Source of the DNA: Blasia pusilla
Taxonomy: Eukaryota
Length of the DNA: 64,000 nucleotides
Assembly: GCA_050084515.1 (NCBI GenBank)
Contig: CM114271.1
Location: forward strand, 24,986,001 to 25,050,000
Direction: 5' to 3'
A program made the translations under genes and the position numbers. Shown here piece by piece: positions 15,401 through 26,185 of the stretch (positions are counted from its first letter, which is position 1; every line of letters begins with the position of its first letter). Under the pieces are notes generated by a model. That model saw only the letters and a program-made list of their open reading frames with translations. It ran no database searches and was not told the origin of the DNA.

Positions 15401-15848
15401 AGGCTATATCATATACTTCATACTAGCGTTGAGAATTGAATTTGCTTCGGCGACATGTCACACACAAGCAGAGGATTCCATTCTAGCAGCCAAATACACG
15501 ATTACGGAGAAAGAGAGGGTCACAGCCACCATAAAGCTAGAACCCGAAATAGATGTTCGCGCACTGATAATCTGTTGAAGTTCCGATACATACCTGGTAG
15601 AAGCTTTGACTCTCATAGAAGATTTTTAGCATTTGCTCCCGCTTGTCATCCAAAGACAACCCTCGCTTTTTAGACTGCCAACAGCGAAGGAGCTCAAAGT
15701 CAAGATCCCCACATTTTCTCCATGGGAATTGCGAAGCTACGAATTTCGTTCTACAATTCGCAGTCCCATACCCCTAAAGCCAAAATAAGCGGGAAATTTC
15801 TACATGCAAATAAGAAAATAGCAGTAGTATACAGAATAGACTTGCCAT
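12463..15848 (-). CDS. MND1: Meiotic nuclear division protein 1 (HOP2 partner); exons 15848-15846, 15674-15594, 15245-15129, 14979-14941, 14331-14224, 13813-13751, 13484-13433, 13124-13080, 12957-12878, 12498-12463; about 207 aa
   Basis: Spliced protein [80 protein letters not shown]|...[20 protein letters not shown]...|[11 protein letters not shown], closely matching plant MND1. All phases are consistent. Confidence 0.95.
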
Positions 15849-16321
15849 CGGCCAAGACGAAAATATCGATGAGGCATACGGGCGAGGAGGCGAGGAGGCG
15901 AGACGGAAGGAGTACCACGGCAGGAGGCATTCACTTCACTGGATACGTGCAAGAGAAACAACGAGAACAAACCAGGACTTCCTCCAAATCCCGTGTGTTT
16001 GTCCCCCGCGCAATTTTAAACTTTCCGACCGATCGGAGGAGAGAGGTTATCACATGGGGTGAAAATTTACAAAACTAGTGTAAGTACGTGATATGGACGA
16101 ATTTTAATTAATTTTTTATAACTACGTTTTAATATTTGTAAATATCATTTTTATCAATTTTGAACCATTTTTTAGTTTAGAAAGCAAATGTTAAGAGGAA
16201 CGAGAGGAGTTTACTAAATAAGGGGCACACTTCAATTACTATGTAAGCCCTCTATTCACGGGTTTAAATTATCTTAGGTAATTAATTTTCAAATGCCCAT
16301 TGGTTCGTAAGACCTCTGCCA

Positions 16322-17375
16322 TCCTATTTCTATTATTGAAAGCGGAGCGGTTTTTAGTGGCAACACGGGAGCGCGTGGCATGATAGGGGAGGGTTAGGGG
16401 AAGAGGGCATTCAAATAATAATAATAGGTAAAGAAAACCCATAAGGATTTGAATGAAATAGAAAAATATTTTATTAGGTAATAAATATTTTATTTAATAT
16501 TATAATGGGTGATTGTAAATATTAATAAAATAGAATAATTTTGATAAAGAATAAAATTTTTAGAATTTGTGTCTTAATTCACATATTATGGAAAGGGAAA
16601 ATAAATTTTAATGGAAAAAGAGTAGATTAAATTTTATGGAAGGGTAAAATTATTTAGGGAATTAGGATTTCATTTAAATTTGAATGGAGTACTTAGAGGA
16701 GTGAAATGTTATTACTCTTCTAAGATTTTAGAAAATAAGAATTATATTTTAAATTTGAAATGAATGATGTGATTATTTTTAAAATTAATTTTATTAACTC
16801 ACATGTGATATTATGGGTAAGGAATATAAATTTGAATGGAAAAGGAAAATTAATTAAAATTAATTACGAAGTCTTTTAGTGAATGTGATTTTGGTGTAAA
16901 TAGTGGAAGGAGAAGAATAATTATTGTTGGAACTTTTAGGGAAGAATTTTACAATAATTCTTAAGGGGAGATGGATATTATTAGAGGTGATTTTCTTACT
17001 CTTTTAAGATTTATAAATATGGAAATTATACTTAAATTTTGAAATTAAATCTATTTTAAAATTTTAAGTATAATTTTAAAAAATATCATCGACGACCGTT
17101 TTTAAGCCCTTCTATTGAGGAAACCGTGTTAGACGTGCATGGCACATGCAACATCTATATTATTATGGGAGAGTACCTTCTTGATTTGCAAACACCTCTT
17201 TGTTTGACACGTGGTAACTAGGTAGCAAGAAAATGTTTCTCCTGCTACGGGCAACAAAAAAAAAGTTTGAATTTGTATGCAGCATCATTAATATCTTCCC
17301 TTCATAGGCTATACACTAACAAAAGCTCTTCAAACACTTTCTTATTTCCCGTGCATCACACGAGCACCTTACTAG
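16322..17375 (+). mobile_element. Non-autonomous Helitron (AT-rich family)
   Basis: A|TC start at 16321/16322, 3' hairpin cccgtgcatcacacgag then CTAG|T (17372-17376). The interior is homologous to 45190-45790, 55320-55870 and 62010-62745. Confidence 0.7.
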
Positions 17376-17537
17376 TTGGTTGAAAGTCAAAAGGATAGGA
17401 GTTTGCCAAATAAAAGGGTACTCTTCAATAATAATACATACTCAAATTAGCATTTAGGGATCCACAATTTTTCCGCACTTGAACCAGTAATTATTACTTC
17501 TCAATGATTCTTGCCTATCAACACTGCTCAAGGAGTA

Positions 17538-18030
17538 TGTCACGTCTCTTAGGATAGATTGTGAGAAGCGGAGGACAGGCTCAATAGGTTGAGGATGACC
17601 TGCTGAGGCCCCGGGAAAGATGAGAGAGCACCTTTCCCCTTCGTTTCGGCTCATTTGGAGCCATATAGAGAAACTCACTATTTGAGGTAAGTACCATTTT
17701 GAGTATGTGATCAACTTTCTATTTTTGGTAAGTGGCCATTGACCTCCTACATCAGGTCAAGAGCCAAGGAGGTGACTTGGGAGCATAGGTTACTATGGAG
17801 AGAGTTTGGGAGAGGGGAGGGGTATACCTCAAGGAGAGAGAGCTTGAGAGCTCATTCTCTCTTTGTTGAACCTCTTGGCATGAGGCGACAGAGCTATGGT
17901 CTTGCTTGCCTTGTGTGTGTAACCCAAGCCTCTCATTAGGAGAATGGATTTGGTTTGACATTGAGAGACACATGTGAGAGTGCACAGATGTGAGAACTAT
18001 AGTGTTGTGAGAGAGATTTGGTCTTATTTT
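17538..18030 (+). repeat. Terminal repeat B1 (LTR-like, contains a putative promoter)
   Basis: Homologous to 26186-26681, 30475-30895 (-), 38128-38640 (-) and 38828-39211. TATA-like gtatac at about 17822 and Inr-like CTCATTC at 17851. Confidence 0.85.
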
Positions 18031-18046
18031 ACAAAGAGAGAATGAG
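18031..18046 (+). promoter_or_regulatory. Putative self-priming primer-binding site
   Basis: ACAAAGAGAGAATGAG is the exact reverse complement of CTCATTCTCTCTTTGT at 17851-17866. No TGG-type tRNA PBS is present. Confidence 0.65.
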
Positions 18047-19449
18047 TGAGTGAGAGAGCTTCATGGGGGAGTTCGTTGGTCACTCGCTGGTTTTGCAGGT
18101 TGGGGATCGTATTCCCCGTTCAGCGGTTCATGGTAATGCTCACCGGAGCAAGAGCCGCTTACTTGTGATATTTCTTTTGCGGATTTTTCGTGTGGAAGAG
18201 TGGCGCGCGGAAGCGCTACCCAATTTTTGATAGGGATTGAGTATGGAGGCAGGTTGCCCCATGTCGGTGCTCTCGGGAGCACCATGTAGCTTGCGGATTT
18301 GTTTTCTCACATATTTTACATTTTCGTTGGGTGAAATCAGCGCGAAAGCACTATCGAATTATGTGTAGGAGAAAGAGACATTTGGCTTTACAACAGTCCC
18401 CGTCAGTTTTTACTGGAATGTCCGATTCCAAATATTTTTTGACGCTTTTGTAGATCGTGAAGCTGTGCACATTGTGCAACAAACAGTGCATAATTTGGAG
18501 TTGCAAAAAAGAAGTTATGGTCAATCTTGCAAAATTTCCATTGCTAGGCGATTTTTAGGGTTAAATTGTTCAAACCCTCAATCAGCCGTTAATGGTCAAC
18601 GGTCATTATCAACGATCAACCGTCGCCATCAACGGTCAACCATCATCTTCAATGGTCCACCGTCCATTGTCGGACGTTGCCGTCCCCTAGCGCTGCTCAG
18701 AGCTGCATTTGGCCGTTGTCCACCCTTTGGTTGCCATTGCCGCCATTACGGAGGGTCTTCCACGACCACCGTTGATTCTCTGACTTGTGCTGCCACCACG
18801 TACTTCGGTTTGGCCGCCACCGTCATCGTAGTTTCATCATCAACCAATGATGGCAGGTGACCTCGGGTTATGGTGTTTGAGTTTTCATTTCATGTTGCTA
18901 TATTGGGATTGGTAGCCGCTTGACGATGATCGAGTACCGTGCTGTGACGCCCGTAGCCGTAATGCACCACCGTTTGCGGCGCCGTTGTGCATGTGGCCGC
19001 ACCGCACCGCACCGCACCGTCTCGATCACGGAGCCGCTCCTTCACTAAGGTGCAGAGCATGTGAATTGCTGATTGAGGAGGGTATGCCACCGAGTGTCAT
19101 GCCGTTTGTAACTGTTCCGTGCCACGAGTGCCACACCGGACCGTTGGACCTGTATCGCACATCGAGGAGGTTTGAGTAGCGTCAGTACAAGAAGAGTACG
19201 ACTTGCTGATTGGAGGAGTTGTCTCACGACAGAGTTGGGGTTGAGATTTGCAATTGCCGAGGAGCGATATCGACATTATTGTCCAGTTACCCATTATGGT
19301 CTCTTACCCAGTGCGTGTGAGGGCTTTCCGGATATTGGGAAGTTATTTGGGATATTGGGTTTCGTGCTGATGCTAGTAGCATCCATAATGTATAGGTTTA
19401 GGGGACATAGACCTGTGTGGGATGTCCAGAGTTGAGGATGGTTTGTCGA

Positions 19450-19980
19450 TGCTTGGTGACGGAGGCTCAGGCTATCCAATCATGGTACGCGATGTTGGAC
19501 CGGACCCTACGGACACATGTGCGGGAGGCGGTGCTTCTTATGAACACCTCCCCTACGTTGAGAGATGTTTTTAGGACCGCCGAGAACATTGAGCACAACA
19601 TGGCGGAGGAGAGCGTAGCCACCATGGGTTCTCGGCGAGAGCAGTCACGATTTCCTACACCACCTATGCAGCAACGTGGACCCCGAGATAGGTTGACTTT
19701 GGTACCACGAGATGAGGGAGGTAATTGGGAGGCCGTGCCACAGAGACCTGCGCCTTCATATGCGGCTCAGCAGTATCCACCAATGATTACTTATTGGTCA
19801 TATGGTGGAGCCCATCATGAGCGTGATTGCACTCGTCAGGGTCATGGAAGTGTGCCTCAGCATGGAGGAGGAGATGGTGGTACACCAGGAGGTTATCAGT
19901 GTGACTATTGTCAGAGATATGGTCATACACACGCCAGGTGTTTCAATTTACATTCTGAGTTACGTCCGGACCGAGGGTGA
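19450..19980 (+). pseudogene. gag: Gag C-terminal part with two CCHC zinc knuckles
   Basis: CDYCQRYGHTHARC intact. The first knuckle is decayed here (YWSYGGAHHERDC) but has Cys at those positions in copy 2 near 35400-35450. Confidence 0.8.
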
Positions 19981-20773
19981 GAGAGGACACCAGAGCGAGT
20001 AGCCGGTCCGAGTGGGGCTAGAGATTGTAAACCAGGCGGTCCCGTTGGGGGACGAGGATCTGGAGTTGCCTGACAGGGTGGTGGAGCTGCCCGTGGAGGA
20101 GGTAGAGTCCCACCACCTACACGCGTTGAGGGAGACTCTGGGCGTGAGGCTACGATGGATGCTTAGATATATCAACTACATGAGCAGATTTCCGCTATGG
20201 CATTGAGATTACCGGATCGGAATCTATGGCATCAACATCATATGGAGCAGCCAGAGATATGGAGGATCCTGGTTGGATGTGCGGGGTTGCCCAGATGGAG
20301 GCCGCCCAGTTGTGACGCATGGAGTAGCCGCAAAGTTGGATCCACAGCAAGGGGAAGCCACGAAATAGACTAGGCTTCCTGGATCTTTCACGTTGTCTGA
20401 AGCGATGAGGATCCCATCGATGGGTCCTAATCAGAGTTCTTGGAGAGTTGGTGATGTTTTTGGTGTGTTGGCATGAAGGGCAATGGGAGAAGTGATTGCG
20501 ATGACTCCCATTGTTGATGCTCAAGAGGGGCATGTGTCGAGCACGTTGTTGGGGGTGGCCACCGTTGTGTACCGTGCTCCTTTATTTTTTGCTTCCGATG
20601 TTATGATGTTGGGAGGTACGCACGCCGAGGTTTTTCAGCTGGCCGCTATGTGAACATGGAGTTGGAGTTCTTTATCATATTCAGAGGTGATTGTAGAGGA
20701 GGTGATGGACTTGCCCTTTGAGCGGATGCTGGGGCCGTCCACGTAAGATTCATGGCAAGCTGCGGCTACTAGG

Positions 20774-21250
20774 ATGGCGGAGATGCCTGCTAGACCCGCG
20801 ATAGAGCGTGCCATGGTTTCTCTTGGTGTTGTGTTGCTGGATAACCGAGGAGAGGTCTTCCAGTTGGTGAGTCTCGGAGGTAGAGCTTTTAGTCCACAAC
20901 GCGTCTTGTTGGATTCAGGAGCGCAACCCCTGATGTTGGGGAAAGCGTCATTCAGAGGATTGGGCTTGACGAAAGCGGATGTGGAGCGTTGTCCATTCCG
21001 GGTACAGACATCCTTGGGTGGAGCAAGTGCCACATAGTATATCACCTGACAGGAGGTCGTGGTGAGGATTCACCCGGGACATCCTACAGTTGAGTCCGTG
21101 GTGCGAGCCGAGGTGATAGTGACTGATGTAGAGTCCTACGACGTCTTGGTTGGTGGAGCAGTGTTATACCCAATGGGATTTTCCCTGGATTATTGGGAGG
21201 AGTCAGCATCCAATAGACCAAGATGGCAGTCAAGTGATGTGCGCCTTAGC
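20774..21250 (+). pseudogene. Retropepsin aspartic protease
   Basis: RVLLDSGAQPLMLG active-site motif and YDVLVGGAVL C-terminal motif; internal stops. Confidence 0.85.
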
Positions 21251-21618
21251 TCATTACCCGTTCGATTCACATGTGTCGAGATGGAGCGTCGGCCATGAGA
21301 GATCGCGACCTTAGCAGTATTTAGCAGTGCCATCACTTGGCCTAGTGATTTGATTGAGGGACATGTCCATGCAGAGGATACTCCCGTTCCTGACATTTCT
21401 ATGGAGAGGAGTGTCATGGTACCCGCATCAGTCTGTGGAGGAGAGGTGCCGCTTTGGGGATTGACTGAGGATCTTCGAGGCTTAGCCACTAAGCATGTGC
21501 AGATCGCGTGGAGCGAGACCCTTGCACCAGAGTGTGATGGATCAGAGGAACCCCAAGTAGGCAGGAGTGCTGCTATGACCCCTTTGGACACCACCCTTAT
21601 TGTGTGGTGCATCCCAAA

Positions 21619-22490
21619 GAAGGGTATTCGGGTGTTGGATCTCTTTGGAGGGATCAGCACTGGGTTAGTTGTTGTTTTGCACGCTGGAGTGCGCGTGCAA
21701 CAGTACCTGTATGTGGAGATTGATGATGTTGTGAGGCGCGCTTCACTTCACCATGTGGCACTGTTACACCTCCATTTTCCTGACTTGTTGTCTGCGTCCG
21801 CCATTCAGGGTTACCAAAGTTCCCTACCGAGGGACATTTCATTGTTGGGGGCGCAAGACTTGGAGCGGGTAGGGACCATAGACTTGGTCATTGTTGGTTG
21901 CCCGTGTTAGGGCCAATCGAGTGCTAGACGAGGTAGCATGTTAGCTGACACTCAATCTAGGTTTTTTGGGAGATGATGCGGATCTTGCAACATTTACAAG
22001 AGCATCAGTCTCCAGCATGGATCGACCCGGCGGTGTATTGTTAGATGCAGCGAGTGTGGGTTCACGAGCACATCGCCCGCGTCTTTGGTGGACCAACTTG
22101 GTACCACATGAGGTATTGCGAAGGGCTTATGCAAGAGTGGAGCGTCCCTCCGATTTGTTGGTGGATTGTATATTGGATCCGGGTTGTCAATCACAGGCAG
22201 TGAGGCACGATGATCGACTACCGTTGACTGTCATCAATAGGATTGGCATGCCAAAAGCCGCCTTTCCCACATTGGTGAGTTTTCCCGCTTCCTATGCATT
22301 CAAGGAGGCAAGACCTGGCTTGGTTTGGGATGACCAGGTATAGAGGTTGGTGGAGCCCAACACCAATAAGCGAGAGCGAGCGATGGGATTCCCCATAGGA
22401 GTGACGGCAGTACCGTCACTATCGGAGGCATCACGACGTCATGTCTTGGGTCAGGTGATGGACCCAAACTGCTTGACATGGATTTTCAGC
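21619..22490 (+). pseudogene. DNMT3-like C5-cytosine DNA methyltransferase domain inside pol
   Basis: Motif I IRVLDLFGGISTGL, motif II YLYVEID, motif IV IDLVIVGCPC, motif VIII AHRPRLWWTN, motifs IX-X ERAMGFPIGVT...SRRHVLGQVMD. Motif VI is deleted in this copy but present, mutated, in copies 2 and 3. Confidence 0.9.
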
Positions 22491-22802
22491 TTAGGAGTAG
22501 TTGAGCAACATTGTTTGAGGATGCAACAGATCAAAGTTGTTGCGTTTGCGAGCCCCATGCCTATCGAGACGGTTGAGGCAGTGGCTGGGGGCAAGATCCG
22601 AGGAGATCGACACACCAGGGGTGATCGGGAGAGACACCCTTGGACTTCCTAAGATGTTTTGCAAGTACGCCAGGAGATGATAGCCACAACATTGAGCGTG
22701 GTTCTAAGTACTGCACGTGGAGATGGGAGTTCTATTGTCCGAGACGGGGTTGCACCATAGCAACCACCGACATCCGCGTCGAAGAGTCCTATCGTAGTCA
22801 CG

Positions 22803-24250
22803 ATGGAGACTTGGGAGCCAGATATGGGGCCTAAGTTGATAGGAGGAGAGCGGCATCGGATACACCAGTTCCTTAGGAGTTATAGGAGATGTTTTGCATT
22901 TAGTATGCATGATTTAGGTACACTGAAGGGTCTAGGGATCCGCATTGAGTTGTCGAGTGACACGCCGATCTTCCGACAACCCTACAGGTATAGTGACATG
23001 GAGAGGGCTCTAATTTAGAGTAGGATCCAGGACTTGGTTGGAGCAGGACTAGTGGAGATGTTGCATGGAGAGTATGCATCTGCTATTGTCATGCCCGCCA
23101 AGAAGGATGTGCATGGCAACTAGACAGATAGGCAAATGTGTGGAGATTACCGACCTATCAACCGGTAGACAAAGGCCGATAGGTATGCCATGCCCACCCC
23201 TAAGGAGATCTTTGATACAATTGGGCATGCAAAGGTCTTCAGTTCATTGGATTTGCAAGCCGGATACCATCAGTTGCCTATCAGATTGGAGGACAGGAAA
23301 AAGACGGCATTTTGGGGCATCGATCCTCAGGGGAAGGATTGTTTGTACCAATGGCGGTTCTTACCATTCGGGTTAAAGAACGCTCCGGCTTAGTTTCAAT
23401 GGGTCATGGATAGGATCTTGGCAGGTCTAGATTTTGCTAGGTATTATATTGATGACATCGTAGTCTTTAGCGCCACGGTTAAGGAGCATGAGGGACATCT
23501 AGAGGAGGTGTTTCGACAATTGCAGTTACATGGGCTAAAGCTACATCCAGGCAAGTGCAAGTTCTTCTACAACCAGATTGAGTACTTGGGTCATACGATA
23601 TACCCTGGGGGCCTTGGTGTGCAACAGATGAAGGTAGAGGCTATTTCACGCATTCCATGCCCTATAGATGTGAGTCGAGTTCATGCATTCATGGGATTGG
23701 CAAACTTCTATCGACGATATGTCAAGCGTTTCAGTTTGATTGCAAAGCCGTTGACCTTGATGACCAAGGTGGATCAGGAGTGGCACCGGGGAGATGAGCA
23801 AGAGAGAGCATTTCAGATGCTCAAGGACAGATTGACGTTCGCGCCCATATTGAGGAGACCAATCAGGGGTCGTACTTTCCACTTGCATATTGATTGGAGC
23901 ATGTTGGGGCTTGGAGCCGTGCTCATCCAGCATGACGATGATGGTAGAGAGTTCGTGGTGGCTTAGGCTAGTCGCTCAAACAATGATGCAGAGGCAAAGT
24001 ATAGCTCGTACAAGGGTGAGTGCTTGGCTCCAGTATGGGTTGTCGCACATTTCAGATGTTATCTATTTGGCAATCCCTTTACCATCATTACTGATCATGA
24101 GCCATTTTAGAGGTTGATTGAGTCCAAAAAGCTTACGGGGAAGCTTGCGAGGTGGGCTCTTTTGTTGCTCCAGGAGTATGATTTTCAGGTGGTACATAGA
24201 CATGGGATGCTCAACGAGGATGCAAATGGGCTGAGTCGTAACCCATGCCC
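22803..24250 (+). pseudogene. pol: Reverse transcriptase and RNase H
   Basis: FRQPYRYS, MCGDYRPIN, FSSLDLQAGYHQ, LPFGLKNAPA, YIDDIVVFS; RNase H LHIDWSMLGLGAVL...YSSYKGECLA...IITDH. Confidence 0.95.
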
Positions 24251-24338
24251 GAGTCAGCGACATGCGACTGAAGCTCGATGGCATGGAGAGAGTGATGAGG
24301 AGTTAGTGCCAGGATGACACGCGTCAGCCTATTTAGGC

Positions 24339-25875
24339 TTGTTGACTATGGAGAGCCAGAGTGTGGAGACTTTGATAGCGAGGTCTGATGGAGAGTCCTT
24401 GGATCCTGAGGCCAGTGAGGAGACGATAGGTGGCCGAGATATTCATGATGATGGAGTAGTCTTGGAGTATCTGCGTACTAGCAGCGTTGCGAGCACAGTG
24501 GGTGCTAGAGAGCGGGATCGGGTCCTACAGAGGACCAGACAGTTCCGCTGGGAGGGGACACATGTGTTGCGAGTGTGGGAGGATGGTAGAGTGCATGTAG
24601 TGCCTCATCCTTCACAGAGAGCATGTTTGGTACGTCATGCCCACGAGGAGTTGGGTCATTTTGGAGTGAAGCGGACATATAGCTTGCTCCAGATTCAGTA
24701 TTGGTGGCAAGGCATACAGACTGACGTTCAGAAATTTGTTGCTAGATGCATGGTGTGTGATCAAGTCCGAGCATCGTTCAATGCTCCAACTCCACAGTTG
24801 CATCCACTTCCAATCATGGGTTTAGGTTATAGATGGAGTTTGGATTTTGCAGGATCTTTGCCTTTGAGGGAGCGCTATAGTCGTTATGTGTTGGTGATGG
24901 TCGAGCGCTTCTCGAAGTGGATAGAGTTGGTTGCATTTCCTGACAAAGCGAGTGAGGGAGTAGCGTATGCCTTCCTAGATCGAGTGTTGAGTCATTATGG
25001 CGCACCTACTGAGATGTTGATAGACCAGGATACAGAGTTCCGTGGGGAGTTTCAAGCCTTGTGTGATCGGGCAATGACCGACCACCGCACTACTTCACGA
25101 GATCATCCTGAGGCGGATGGACTAGCGGAGCGAGGTTGTGGAGACGATGAAGAGAGGACTACACAAGTATGGCTTACAGAGAGATCACCTAGGATATTGG
25201 GACCTTCAATTGCCGTGGTTGGCGATGGGATACAAATTCAACAAGCAGGCATCCTTAGCGTCTTTCTCACCGTACTTGTTGCTTTATGGCCGAGAGCCAG
25301 ATTTATCATTCATCGAGAATATCGGTGAGGTGTTGAACCTTGATGACCATGATGTATGGATGCGAGCATGTTCTGAGAGGTCTGCGTTGTTTCGGAGAGT
25401 AATGCCCATGGCATTTGAGAACTTGGCGATTACGCAACATCGAGATACGTTGAGGTATGCGACTATTCGAGGAGGTGGTTATCGATCTACTATCCGGAGG
25501 TTTCATCAAGAAGACTATGTCTACTTGCATCAGACGACATCCACAATGTTGGATGTGACTGCAGGGCACACCATCTTGAGAGTGCGTGAGGTTTTGCCAT
25601 CCGTCGTTCTCTTATTGGAGGGACGTGATGGTATGGTTTGGAAGGATCATGTGCGTAATTGTGCGCCATGTCATCTTCCGAACATTGAGGGTACAATCGA
25701 TCCGAGCTTAGCAATAGTTCCTGCAGGCTTGCGGTGTATGTTGTGTGGTTCTGCCCGTAGTGCAGCCACTATGCTAGTCTATGATGGGTGTTCAAGAGGA
25801 TGGCATATGACATGTTTGACGCCACCTCTCACTAGGGTTCTTCAGGGATCATGGATGTGTCCCAGATGTACATAG
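24339..25875 (+). pseudogene. DDE integrase with C-terminal PHD finger (25735-25872)
   Basis: HHCC (HAHEELGH...CMVC), D (WSLDFAG), D (LIDQDTEF), E (GLAER), frameshift near 25135. Ends CMLCGSARSAATMLVYDGCSRGWHMTCLTPPLTRVLQGSWMCPRC, a C4HC3 pattern with one C>Y change. Confidence 0.92.
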
Positions 25876-26055
25876 AGTAGGTAGTTGTACATTCCGACTT
25901 GTGTCTGTGACATGGATGACAAGAAGGTGACTAACGATGGGGCCACATGAGAACCTGGCCTTCTTGCTCTTAGTGTCTGAGAGATGTATGTCATGGAAGG
26001 TAGGGATAGATGGCTATTTGGAGTTAGAGGGATCTAACCACCAGCTAGGGGAGCA

Positions 26056-26183
26056 ATTAGAGATATTTTGGTACTTTTTGTCTTGTTGTTTGGATGCCAT
26101 GAGTTAGCATGGGATTGTGCGTGTTTGTGTGTGTGTTCGGTGACAGCGATGTATGTTGTGTAGTGATGTGTATACGCACGATA
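26056..26183 (+). repeat. Repeat A, preceded by a short purine tract (26047-26053) and ending CACGATA
   Basis: Homologous to 30350-30474 (-), which ends CACGACA against unrelated flank. Confidence 0.8.
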
Positions 26184-26185
26184 AT

